DNA from: Lama glama | Taxonomy: Eukaryota | Reading direction: 5' to 3' | Assembly (NCBI GenBank): GCA_028534125.1 | Contig: CM052817.1 | Location: 29,514,001-29,578,000 of the forward strand | Length of the DNA: 64,000 bases | In this document: one piece after another, positions 23,267 through 35,109 of the stretch | Position numbering within the stretch: position 1 is the stretch's first letter | How the letters are laid out: each line of letters starts with the position of its first letter | Position numbers and translations under genes: made by a program | Notes under the pieces: generated by a model | What the model was told of the DNA's origin: nothing | The model's database searches: none | The model's input: only the letters and a program-made list of their open reading frames with translations

Positions 23267-25629
23267 ATTCAGTCTGCATGTGTTTTTAGATCTGAAGAGA
23301 GTCTCTTGCAGGCAGCATGTATATGGGTAATTATTGATAAATATATACTTGTCACCATTTTCTTAAATTTTTTTCAGGTTGTTTTTGTAGTTATTTTTTG
23401 ATCCTTTTTATTTTGCTCTCTTCCTTTGTGATTTGACAAATATCTTTAGTGCTATGTTTGGATTTTTTTCTGGTTTTTATATATATTTATTATAGATTTT
23501 TGGTGTGTAGTTACCATGAGGTTTATATATAACTATAAAAATCTATACTTATATATATAAAACTATATATAATTATACATAAAAATATATTATTTTAAAT
23601 TCATGATCTCAAGTTCGAACACATTTTAACCAATCTGCATTTTCCCCTGACACACTTGTAATTTATTACATATCTTTGTTTTGTTTATCTCTTAACTGCC
23701 TATTGTTGTTATAAATGATTTACTACTTTTGTCTTTCAAACTTTCTACTAGCTTTGTAAGTGGTTAATCTTCTATGTTTACTGTATTTTTGACTTTACCA
23801 ATGAGATTAATCCTTTCTTAATTTTTATATTTCTAGTTGTGGTATTTTGTTTTCCCTACTTGAAGAAGTCCCTTTAACAATTCTTAGCCAGTTTAGTGGT
23901 GCTGAACTCTTTAAGCTTTTGATTTTCTGAAAAATTATTTCCCTCTTCTTCAACTCTGAAGTACAGTTTTTCCAGGTAGAGTATGCTTGGTTGCAAGATT
24001 TTTCTTTTCACTTTAAATATATCATGCCACTCCCTCTGGCCTAAACATTTTGCTGAAAAGTCACTGACAGTCTTATGGGAGTTTCTTTGTTTTAACTAGT
24101 GTCTTTTTCTTTGCTGTTTTTAAGATTCCCCCTTTATATTTAAATTGTGCCATCTTAATTACAATGTGTCTTGGTGTAGACCTCTTTTTGTTGATTTTAT
24201 TTAGGACTCTCTGTGACTCCTGGATCTGGATGCCTGTTTCCTTTACTAGGTTGTGGGAGAAAGCTTAGCTAGTATCTCTTTGGGTAAGTTTTCTGCTCCT
24301 TTCTCTAACTCATCTCCTTCTGGGACCCCTATAATGCAAATGTAAGTATGCTTGTTATTGTCCCAGAGGTCTCTTAAACTATCCTCAGTTTAAAAATTAA
24401 TTTTTTTCTTTTGTCTGTTCAGTTTGGGTGATTTCCATTACTCTAGCTTCAAATTCACTGTTCCATTCCTATCATTTAATCTACTGTTGATTCCTCCTAG
24501 TGTATTTTTATTTCAGTTATATCCTTCTGCTGTGTTTGATTCTTCTTTATACTTCCTATTTCTTAGTTAAATTGCTCACTCTGTTCATCCATTTTTTGCC
24601 TAAGTTCAGTGAGCAATTTTATGTTCATTACTTTGAACCCCTTTTGAGTAGACTGCTTATCTCTCTTTTGCTTAGTTCCTCTGGGGTTATATCTTGTTCC
24701 CTCATTTGGGATATGTTTCTCTGTCACCCAATCTTGCCTAATACTCTGTTTTTGTTTTTATGTATTAGGTAAATTAGTTATGTTTCCTGATCTTCCAATA
24801 GGGCCCAGCAGCACATTTTCCTCTGGTCACCAGAGCTATATGCCCTACAAGTGCCTCTATGCAGGCTGGGGACAAATCAGTCCTTTTCTTCTAGCAGGGC
24901 CAAGTACTATGTGTGTGCTAGCAGGTGAGGCTAGCCTTTTACCTCTTTGGCTGCCACACCCTGCCTTTTTCTGGGGCTGCCATCCCACTGCTTTTGTTAT
25001 TTCTCAAAATTGCTTCCATTTCTCTAGATCTTTAACTTGCAGTATAAGTTTGCAATCAGAATATTGATACCCCTAATAAAGATTTCTGGAATTTGATCTG
25101 AATTGTGTTAAATGTACATATCAATTGCGGAAATATTTTTTTTGAAACTATATCATCTTTCAATATAGGATCATGGTGTGTCTCCTAATTTATTTAGGTC
25201 CACTTTAGTATTTTTCATTAGCATTTTATAGGTTTTACAGATACTGTGTAGAAGATTTTACTCCTTTCTTTCCGATGACTGGACTTTTATTTTTCTCACA
25301 AGAAACTCCATTATAATATTGAATAGGATAGATGAGAGTAGACACCCTTGCCTTGCTCCCAATTTTAGGGAGAAAGCACTCATTCTTTCACCATTAACTA
25401 CATTGTTTGCTTCTGTTTGTTTCTGTAGAGCCACTTTATTAGCCTTCTGTGAGTTTTTATCACGAATGAATATTAGATTTTATCAAAGGCTTTTTCAGTA
25501 TTCATTGATATGATAATGTACTATTTCTTCTTTAGTTTGGTAAATGATGGAAAATATTAAATAATATGATGGACTAAATTTTGAATGTCAAGCCAACCTT
25601 GGATTTCTGAATAAACCTCATTTACTCTT

Positions 25630-26914
25630 TTTATTTTTTAAATAGTGGTATGAACACTTAACATGAGATTTGCCATTTTAACAAAATTTTAAGTGTACAA
25701 AACAGTATTGTTAACTATAGGCTATATTGTAGAGCAGATCTCTAGAACTTACTCATCTTGTATACCTGAAACTTTGTACATGTTGACCTACAATTCCTCA
25801 TTTCTTCCTTTTCCCAGTCCTAGCCACTATTCTGTTCTCTGTTTCTATAAGTATGAATATTTTAGATATCTCAGAGAAGTGGAATCATGCAATAACTGCT
25901 CTTCTGTTACTCAGTTCCTGTAATCTCCTCCAAATTTACCCATGTATATGCATATGGCAGGATTTCCATCTCTTTTAAGGCTAAATAATATTCCATGGTA
26001 TGCATATATAATATTTTCTTCATCCATTCATCTGTCAGTGGACATTTAAGTTCTTTATATACCTTGGCAATAGTGAATATTGCTGCAGTGAACATAAGAG
26101 TACAAATATCTATCTGAGTTCCTCATTTCAATTGTTTAGAATTTATACCCAGAAGGAGGATTGCTAGATCTTATATTAATTTTATTTTTAATTTTCTGAG
26201 GAACCTACATAATGGTTTCCATAGAAGCTGTACCATTTTACATGTCCTGGTATAAAGACAGACATATAGAGAAATAAAATAGAATACAAGATTCAGAAAT
26301 AAACTGACACATATCCCTGATCTATGTCAAAGGAGCCAAGAATAAATAATTGGGAAAGGATACAATGTTCAACAAATGATAGTGAGAAAACTGGATATCC
26401 TAATGCAGAAGAATGAAAGTGGACCAACTCTTACCCTCAACCATACACAAAATTTAACTCAAAATGGATTAATTATTTAAACATTAGAATTTAAGTTACA
26501 AAACTGGATGAAAACATATGGGAAAACCTTCCTTATATTCATCTTGGCAAGGAGTTTTTAGTTATGACACAAAAAAGTACAGGTTAAAAAAAAAAGAAAG
26601 CTTATACAAGTACGACTACATCAAACTAAAAAAATCTCCTGCACAGTAAAAGAAACAATCAACAGAGTAAAAAGATAACCTATGGAATGGGAGAATACAG
26701 TCATAAACCCTATATCTGGTAAGGAGTTAAAATACAAAGAATATAAGAAACACCTACAACTAAATAGCGGAAAAAAAAAGCCAATTAAGTAAACCAATTC
26801 AAAAATGAGCACAGGACCTGAACAGACATTTATTCAAACAAGACAAACCAATGATAAACAAGTATATGGAGCAGTGTTTAACATCAGTAATCACAAGGAA
26901 AATGCAAATCAAAA
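25630..26914 (-). mobile_element. L1MA9/MB1-like 5'-truncated L1 with a 5' inversion (26248-26914 reads on +)
   Basis: Minus-strand 3' end and peptide MFTAAIFTIAKV; strand switch at about 26247; degenerate TSD tcatttactctt (25618-25629) / tcacttagtctt (26915-26926). Confidence 0.85.
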
Positions 26915-27197
26915 TCACTTAGTCTTGATTTACGATTCTTTTTATGTATTTCTGGATTCATCTGCAAATATTTTATTGAAGATATTTGGATCTATGTCCA
27001 AAAAGTATATTGGCCTTTTCTTGTGATGTTTTTGCTTCAGGTTTTAAAATAATGTTCCCTCCTCTTTTATTTCCTTGCAGAGATTATATTACATTGGTGT
27101 TATTTCTTTTTTTAATGCTTGGTAGAATTTACTAGCAAAAAGTATCTAAGTCTTAAGTTTTATTTCTTGGAAGGTATTAACACACAGATTAATTTTT

Positions 27198-28617
27198 TTA
27201 TACAATGGAATAAAGACAGTCTCTTCTTCAAACGGTTTTGGGAAAACTGGACAGCAGCATGTAAATCAATGAAGCTAGAACACTCCCTTACACCATACAC
27301 AAAAATCAACTCAAAATGGATCAAAGACTTAAACATAAGATGAGATACAATAAACCTCCTAGAGGAAAATATAGGCAAAACATTATCTCACATACATTTC
27401 AAAAATTTTCTCCTAGAAGAAATAAAAGCTAGAATAAACAAATGGGACCTAATGAAACTTACAAGCTTCTGCACAGCAAAGGAAACCATAAGTAAAATAA
27501 AAAGACAACCTATGGATTGGGAGAAAATCTTTGCAAATGAAACCGTCAAAGGCTTGATCTCCAGAATATATAATCAGCTCATACAACTTAATAAGATACA
27601 ACCAAACAACCCAATCCAAAGATGGGCAAAAGACCTGAACAAGCAATTCTCTAAGGAAGACATACAAATGATCAATAAGCACATGAAAAAAATACTCAAT
27701 ATCAGTAATTATCAGAGAAATGCATATCAAAACTACAATGAGATATCACCTCACACCAGTCAGAATGGCCATCATTCAAAAATCCACAAATGACAAATGC
27801 TGGAGAGGCTGTGGAGAAAGGGGAACCCTCCTACACTGCTGGTGGGAATGCAGTTTGGTGCAGCCACTGTGGAAAACAGTATGGAGATTCCTCAAAATAC
27901 CAGGAATAGACTTACCGTATGACCCAGGAATCCCGTTCCTGGGCTTATATCCAGAAGGAATCTNNNNNNNNNNNNNNNNNNNNNNNNNNNNNNNNNNNNN
28001 NNNNNNNNNNNNNNNNNNNNNNNNNNNNNNNNNNNNNNNNNNNNNNNNNNNNNNNNNNNNNNNNNNNNNNNNNNNNNNNNNNNNNNNNNNNNNNNNNNNN
28101 NNNNNNNNNNNNNNNNNNNNNNNNNNNNNNNNNNNNNNNNNNNNNNNNNNNNNNNNNNNNNNNNNNNNNNNNNNNNNNNNNNNNNNNNNNNNNNNNNNNN
28201 NNNNNNNNNNNNNNNNNNNNNNNNNNNNNNNNNNNNNNNNNNNNNNNNNNNNNNNNNNNNNNNNNNNNNNNNNNNNNNNNNNNNNNNNNNNNNNNNNNNN
28301 NNNNNNNNNNNNNNNNNNNNNNNNNNNNNNNNNNNNNNNNNNNNNNNNNNNNNNNNNNNNNNNNNNNNNNNNNNNNNNNNNNNNNNNNNNNNNNNNNNNN
28401 NNNNNNNNNNNNNNNNNNNNNNNNNNNNNNNNNNNNNNNNNNNNNNNNNNNNNNNNNNNNNNNGGAAATATACACAAGATCTTATGGTAGCTCACAGAGA
28501 AAAAAATGTGACAATGAATATATATATGTTCATGTATAACTGAAAAATTGTGCTCTACACTGGAATTTGATACAGCATTGTAAAATGATTATAAATCAAT
28601 AAAAAATGTTAAAAGAA
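27198..28617 (+). mobile_element. Young 5'-truncated L1 (ORF2 C-terminus and 3'UTR), contains an N gap
   Basis: [13 protein letters not shown]...[21 protein letters not shown] acagattaattttt at 27184-27197 and 28618-28631. Confidence 0.93.
27964..28463. other. Assembly gap (500 N)
   Basis: Run of N. Confidence 1.
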
Positions 28618-29913
28618 ACAGATTAATTTTTAAAGCATTTATAGGAATATTCAGGATATCTGCTATTACTTGGTTGAGTTTTATTATGTAAGAATATCTT
28701 TCTCTAAGAAAGTTACATTTTCCTGGATGAATAGCGAGTAGATACAGGCCCTTACCCAACAATGTGATATAGGCTAAGAGAAGCACTGTCCAGCAAGCAG
28801 TAGCATCATGATCCTAGATATGCTCCATAATATAGCCAGACTCCAGAGAGGGAATGCATTTTGGATATTGAATAGATTCCCTATAGGAGGAAGGATCCAG
28901 AAGAAGCTGGAAAAATTATCTGGATCTTACACATATGGTCTGTGGTTCAGAAAATACCTTTGGTCTTTGATTGTTACAAGAACTCATTGTTCAGTGAGGT
29001 GTTTGATATAAAAATCACACTCAGAGATTAAATCAATATGGGAGGGGAGAGAAGTGGCAACTGGGAACATATTTCATGTCTACAAGTTGCTGTAGACAAA
29101 TTGGAAATGAGCCATGTTAGAAAATAGATCTGTATTTCACAACAAGCTTGACTTATTAAGTTCCTAATATACTTCCTCTTCTGCTCCAAGTTTTTTTTAC
29201 AACCAGAGTGAGGCTGAGTTTATTGATAAAAGTCTTTAGGATTAGAGTTTGGCAGGGTGAGGAAAGGAATTATGGAATTAGAAATGGACAAAACACTTTC
29301 ATAATTTATTTAAAAAAATAATAAAACATGTTATATCAAGGAAGTCAGTCAACTGGGACATTTTAAAAAGTTTAAAAAAACAATTTTTTGTTAAGTAAGC
29401 ATCTATTAAAATCACTATTATAATTAATTACACTATTGAGTTAAATACATTATCTTCTTATTCCCACAGTTTTGCCAAGATACCCTTCTGAGACAAGGAA
29501 AAAGCCTTGGTACTAAAAAAGGCAAGGCTTATGAGGAATATTTCTATTGAGGACACAGCAAAACATGCTGGTCTATGGTATGGGTATGAAATATAGCAAC
29601 TTCAGAAAGTCTGAGGTAGAGAACAAAGTAAGTAGTAATCCAAAGAAGTAACAAAGCTTAGAAACTGCAAACAAACCTCAAGAATACAACAGAAAAACAA
29701 GTAGATAAAGTGGGTTCTGAAAGGCTGATAAATGTCTATCCTGGAGTGACACTTTCAGGTTGGAAGATAGAAATAATGTATCACACAGTGGTTCAATAGA
29801 GAGCTATTAGAGGCACTATGATGTTTGGATAGTTTTGGTCAATTATAATAGTAAGAATCAATAAAAGTAATAGGACATCTGGAAGTTCTTAAATCTTTGA
29901 TGAATGGAAGCTG

Positions 29914-30225
29914 TGACAAAGATTCCTTGACCAGAATTCAGTCAGGCTTCACTGTGCCATCTTTTTGACTAGACTCCATTCTTGGGCCTTTAGCATGCCT
30001 AGTCCAGAATCCTGCTAAGTCAGTTTAGCAAGAATCTCCATACTCTTGATAGCTCCTCAAAGGAATATTCCATCCATGGTCCCCTCTTTATTCTGCTCAT
30101 TGACTGTAAATCACTGCTGACTTTACTGTATTTCGCATTGAGCCCCATCTCTCTCCCCTATTGTGACAGTCTTGACACCTAAAACAATAGTCCTGAATAA
30201 AATCCTCCTTATGATTTTAAAGTTG
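29914..30225 (+). mobile_element. ERV1 solo LTR, MER31-like, internally shortened
   Basis: 'tgacaaagattccttgaccagaattcagtcaggct', 'gaatcctgctaagtcagtttagcaagaatc', 'attgagccccatctctctcccc', 'aatagtcctgaataaa'. Confidence 0.8.
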
Positions 30226-30319
30226 AACCGAATAGTCATGGTCTCTGCCCTCCTGCAGCAATTAAAAGAGGCTTCTGAATTTGTTTTCTCCAACACTTAG
30301 GAAAGAGATACTGGTATGA

Positions 30320-30830
30320 TAGAAAGAAAATCGTGGTATTCTGGAATCCAGATTAAGAAAGTGTATTAAAGAGGAGAGTGATCAACAGTTTCAAATACTG
30401 CTAGTTAGTCACTGATGAGTCAGTTTTGGTAGCATGGTGGGTAAGAAAGCCTAGTTGGAATAGGTTTATGAGAAATGAAAGAGAAAAGCAGGAAATATGT
30501 ATACAGACCACTTATTTGAGGAATTTTGCTGAGGCGATTACTACAGAAATGGAACAGCAGTTTATGGGCAAAAAATGGAGAATGGAATCAGGAGAAAATT
30601 CATTCATTTGAGGTGTGTTCATTTTAAGAGGGGGAAAACCCCACATACTTGTAAAATGATAGGATGAATGTGGTAGAGTGTGAAAGATAATCATGTAGAT
30701 TAAATCAGGGCCAGTTTTTAGGGAAATGATCTTACGCAGATAAGACAATATAAGGTCTACTGCATGAACAAAGGGAGTGACAGCATATGAGTGCATGTAT
30801 ATGTCATCTAAGGTAATTGGAGGAAAAGCT
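30320..30830 (-). mobile_element. L2 LINE fragment
   Basis: 'gaggagagtgatcaacagtttcaaatactgct', 'gaaagcctagttggaataggttt', 'gaggaattttgctg'. Confidence 0.65.
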
Positions 30831-33824
30831 GAGGAAACCGGTGAACATTTGGAGAAATGGACGGATGGGGGGAACCTGAAGATGTTCTGAGCCAGTGACC
30901 AAGAGCTAAATTAGGCAATATGTTTGCAGACTGAGATTACATATAAAAACTAGATTAGAGGACACAGATACTCCAAGGGCTAAAATAAACTTGCTTTCTC
31001 TCCTCCTACCACTCTTTCCAAATTCCAGAGGTGACACAGTATGAAATCACAGCAAATAAAAAGGTTTGAGTCTCTCTCTTTCTCCTTCCATCTCTTAACT
31101 TCCCCTAATCACAATGAAGAGGTAATAAAAAAGAAAGCAAATTTGCCACATTTAGGATTTTTGCTAGATTAACTCAACCTGAACACAAAGAAGTAGGGGA
31201 GTGAAGAAAGGAGGTGTGGCAAACAGGCCACGGTAACAGTCCCTACTAACAACAAAGAGAGAGAACTGTGGAAGAACTGTGGGGAAGGCCAGGCAAGCAA
31301 CCTATGGTAACTGGCTAGTGAAATTGCCTGCCAAAACAGAAAAAAACAGTGGCTTCAGAAGAGTTATCTTAGTCATGTATGTTTACTGTCAAGTTTTAGA
31401 TACAAGCCTACATTGTTTACTGACACTATTCCTAGTGTCATAGTGAGATAAAGTCATACCATCAGCTAAAAGGAATATATGTTTTTTTAAAATGTGAAAA
31501 ACCAGGATCTCTGAAACTTCAGTGTCTTCATGGTTTGAGTTTGTTTTAACTCAACTTTCATTTTCCAGTGAAATAAACAGAGATAAGGGTCAGCAACAGT
31601 GTACAACTTGAGTTTAAGAACTTGAGTCTTAGTGCCACTGTGTGACTATGGTCTATATAATTTCTAAATACCCTACAGGTTCTAAATTAGTATAATACGA
31701 TGGTGATTTTTTCATAATTTGAGTCTTGATACACATTTTATCTACAGTATTTATTTAGTTATCTACTGTTAATTATTGATCTGTATATTTGAATTTCTGA
31801 AAGATTTCAAGTATCTTGATGAATACACAATGTCTTTAATTTTTTTTCACAGTTCTGGTGCCTAGTATATTTCATCATTTCTAGTAGAACTAAAACAAAA
31901 ATATTTTAAAATACAAGAACGGTGGCTTAGGACAGGAATTCTAGTTAATATTGTGCTTTTGAATGTACACAAAGTTTCCCCTTTCTTTGTGAGAAAGTAT
32001 TTGTAGTGTTAAATATTATCTTTCCAAATACATTGTCACTTGCTGGAATATTGTGATAATCAAACATACAAATTTATGGGGCTCACATAAGTGGAGTCCT
32101 ATAGGATGGGATAGTGCACAGTTTGCACATCCAAACATGGCACACAGGTTTGTGACATATATTCCCTATGCCATAGAGAAGAGGGAATACTGGTATACGT
32201 GACAAACATCCTGCATTTCCAAAAGTAATTGTAGAAGAAATGAATAGTCAGTATCTTTTCTAATACATTTGGAATACTCAGTGCATTTTAATTGATTTTT
32301 TACTTCTTTTTCAACATCAACTACCCTATTTTTAGTCACTTCACATTAAAAATTTAAATTATCCTCTACTATAATCACTCAAAAAATTCTAAAGATGTCT
32401 TTAATATTTTTCAAAGGCTGCTATTTGATTCATATCATAAATAGCTATGCATCTTGAAGTATGAAAGAAAAACAATCTTTGGATATAAATGAAGCACATA
32501 CTTAAAAAAAAGTCTTCTGTCCAGTAGCTGTATTATAAACAGAGTAACAAGTGAGTCCCAAGTAAAACACCCAGCCATAATCACTGTGTATTCGCCAGTC
32601 TCCAGTGAGCTGTGTATTAATGTCTTTTCGGTAATTTCATGGCAGCCCTAGGCACAAATAAAAGTTTATTAAGATAGTAAGTAAATATTCCTTCATACTG
32701 ATTGCTTTTTAAATTTTCCTGTTCTGCTTTGGGAAATTAAGAAAGCCTATATTGTGATACTAAAAGATGACTGAATCAACACATGGCATCATTTTATTTA
32801 AGTTCTGCTTAACACAGCATAAAGCAAATAATCTACCTAATTTATATTCAGATTTATTTTCTAGGAAAAAAACTATGATAGGAATAAGGGTCTCTTTTTT
32901 CAGGTACCTTTATTTTATCTGCCTCTTAGTTTTATCTTTACTCTCTCCCTGCACAACTCCTCACCCTCTTCATGATGATAACATCCTGGAAGATTTTTCT
33001 TCTTTCATGAAAAATAATCAAATAATGAAAGCAAATTAATCTTAAATTAAGAAATCTAAAAAAGTTATTTAATGTGAGCTTCCAGTATAGAAAATGTTTC
33101 TTTTACTGGACTAGAAAGGAAACATTTTTCCCCTCAGACAGACATCAGTTTGACAGAATGTTAACTTTCATAAACAAAATTGATTTATATTCATAACCAC
33201 ATTATTGAGATGGTGGACAATTTTGCAAAAGAACATATAAGAATTAATGGCTACTATATCTGAAGGCTTATACCTTCACTATCTATTCTCCATTATCCAT
33301 GCAAAGGACTCTTATACGCCTACTCTAGCTCTTTCCCTGGTACTTGGGTACATTTTCAGATCAAGATGAATATGTCAAGTTCTCTAAAGATGGAAGTTTG
33401 TCAATAAGGAGTGCTCTTGTGAAACAGAGAGAAATGAAAAGTCCTAGCACAGTTTCAACCAGATATGGGCTAAATTGTTGGTTTCATTTTTAAACCGGTA
33501 GTAAAATGGAAATTACAGAAAAACTAGGCATTAATGGGTCTTGTGCAGTATACATTTTCCCACTAATAACTGTAAAGATTTAAGGTATTTTAATTTATTG
33601 TGGATCAGAAAATTAGACTGGTCAGAATTTGTAAATTAGTTTATATCCCTTTTGATCAGGTATCAAAATGACAGAATCCTTAAAATACATTTGCATTCTA
33701 ATTAATTTATGTGGAATATTAATTATTATGGGGAAGTTGTGACTAATAGCCTTTAAAAGGTCATGTTTTCAAATCCAACAATTTGAATTTGGAATATAAA
33801 TTCGAAATCTCTTGTATTGTCGGC

Positions 33825-34281
33825 TGTGGGAAGCAGAATAATGTCCTTCCCTCAAAGATGTATGCACTTTAACCCCTGCAACCTGTAAATGTGCTACCTT
33901 ACATGGCAAAAGGGACTCTGAAGATGTAAGGAAGTTTACTGAACTTGAAATGGGAAGAATATACTGGATTATTCATGTGGACCCAATTTAATCATAAGAA
34001 TTAAAAACAGAGAACATTTTTCAGGCTGTGGTCAGAGATGCGAGATTAAAGACAGATCAGAGAGACACAACACTATTGCCTTTCATGGTGGAAGAAGGCA
34101 CCATGAGCCAAGGAATGTGGGGATCTAGAAAAGGCAAGGTAATGGAGTCTTACCTAGTGTCTTCAGAAAAGAACACAGACCTTTGACTCTGATTTTAGCC
34201 CAGTGAGGACCCTATCAGACTTCTGACCACCAGAACTTTAAATAATAAATGGTGTTGTTTAAGCCCTATGTTTCTGATAAT
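33825..34281 (+). mobile_element. MaLR solo LTR, MLT1D-like
   Basis: 'tgtgggaagcagaataatg...accttacatggcaaaagggact...ccatgagccaaggaatgtgg...tgattttagcccagtgag...tgttgtttaagcc'. Confidence 0.85.
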
Positions 34282-35109
34282 ATATCTCCTAAAGAGGAAG
34301 CATTTCTAAGAGTGAGTGTTGTCTCTTTTTCCTGGCATTTAAAAACATACCCTATACATTAAAAAAAAACACATATAGATAGTCTGTGCTCTATTGATAA
34401 ATTAAGAAGTTCTTATTTACATTTCAAAGTAGCTTTTTCCTCAGAATACCTTTAAATAACTAGTTCCTCTGAATAATTTCAAATATAATATTATCTAGAA
34501 TACAGTGTAGCTATGTGGACATTTTTTGTATCTCACTGGTTATACAGACGGAAATACACCAGTAATTTTGTATACATGAGAGTCTGCTTATTCTTAGATA
34601 AAATTCTCATGCACTAACTTTGTGTTCAACTGTATCTGTTAGATAGATGAAGGGTTAAATAATGAATGGATAAACTGATGGAGGAATTCAATGAATGAAT
34701 GAATGGATGGATCTTAGTTACACACTGTAATCATAACTAAAAAATATTTCCCTACTTTCTGACTCATCCTAGAAAGGCCCAGAAGATGTGTCTGACCAAT
34801 GGATCTTTTACAAAATATAGTATCAAACAGCAATAGTCAGTAAATAAGTTTTGTGCTATAGTCACATTTCATTTGTTTCATTTGATCAAATTTATACTAT
34901 ATTACTCAAGTATGCTTACTTATTTTCTCTCTCTCTCCATATGTATGTATATGTAGGATAATTTTACAGTGCAACATAAAAGATTATATAGACAAGGACA
35001 GATCTAACAGTCCATTAATATCTGGATTAATGTTTATTATTATTGATATTTAAGATATAAACCATTATCCAGAACATGACAAGAACCACTAAGTAGAGTC
35101 ATATTTCAG

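Larger units (their letters stand above)
16291..24991 (-). mobile_element. Near full-length intermediate-age L1 (3'UTR, ORF2, ORF1, part of 5'UTR), interrupted at 20203-23266
   Basis: ORF2 peptides [11 protein letters not shown]..., RNLWDVAK, and an antisense LFADDIILY near 18283-18306; ORF1 antisense at about 23870-24720; possible TSD ttttgttat at 16281-16289 and 24992-25000. Confidence 0.9.
15185..28735 (-). mobile_element. Old L1 (L1MC/MD-like) host, now in four pieces: 15185-16290, 24992-25629, 26915-27197, 28618-28735
   Basis: 3' end 'ttttccagaatgtcatataaaatggaacc...ctggctttgttcactcag'; colinear, strongly diverged ORF2 antisense resumes after each younger insertion. Confidence 0.75.

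Noticed and set aside
27720..28539. Long ORFs of 176-256 aa
   Set aside because: They read through the 500-N gap; the real parts are L1 ORF2 C-terminus and 3'UTR.
30900..31330. LTR-like sequence
   Set aside because: I could not assign termini or a family from sequence alone.
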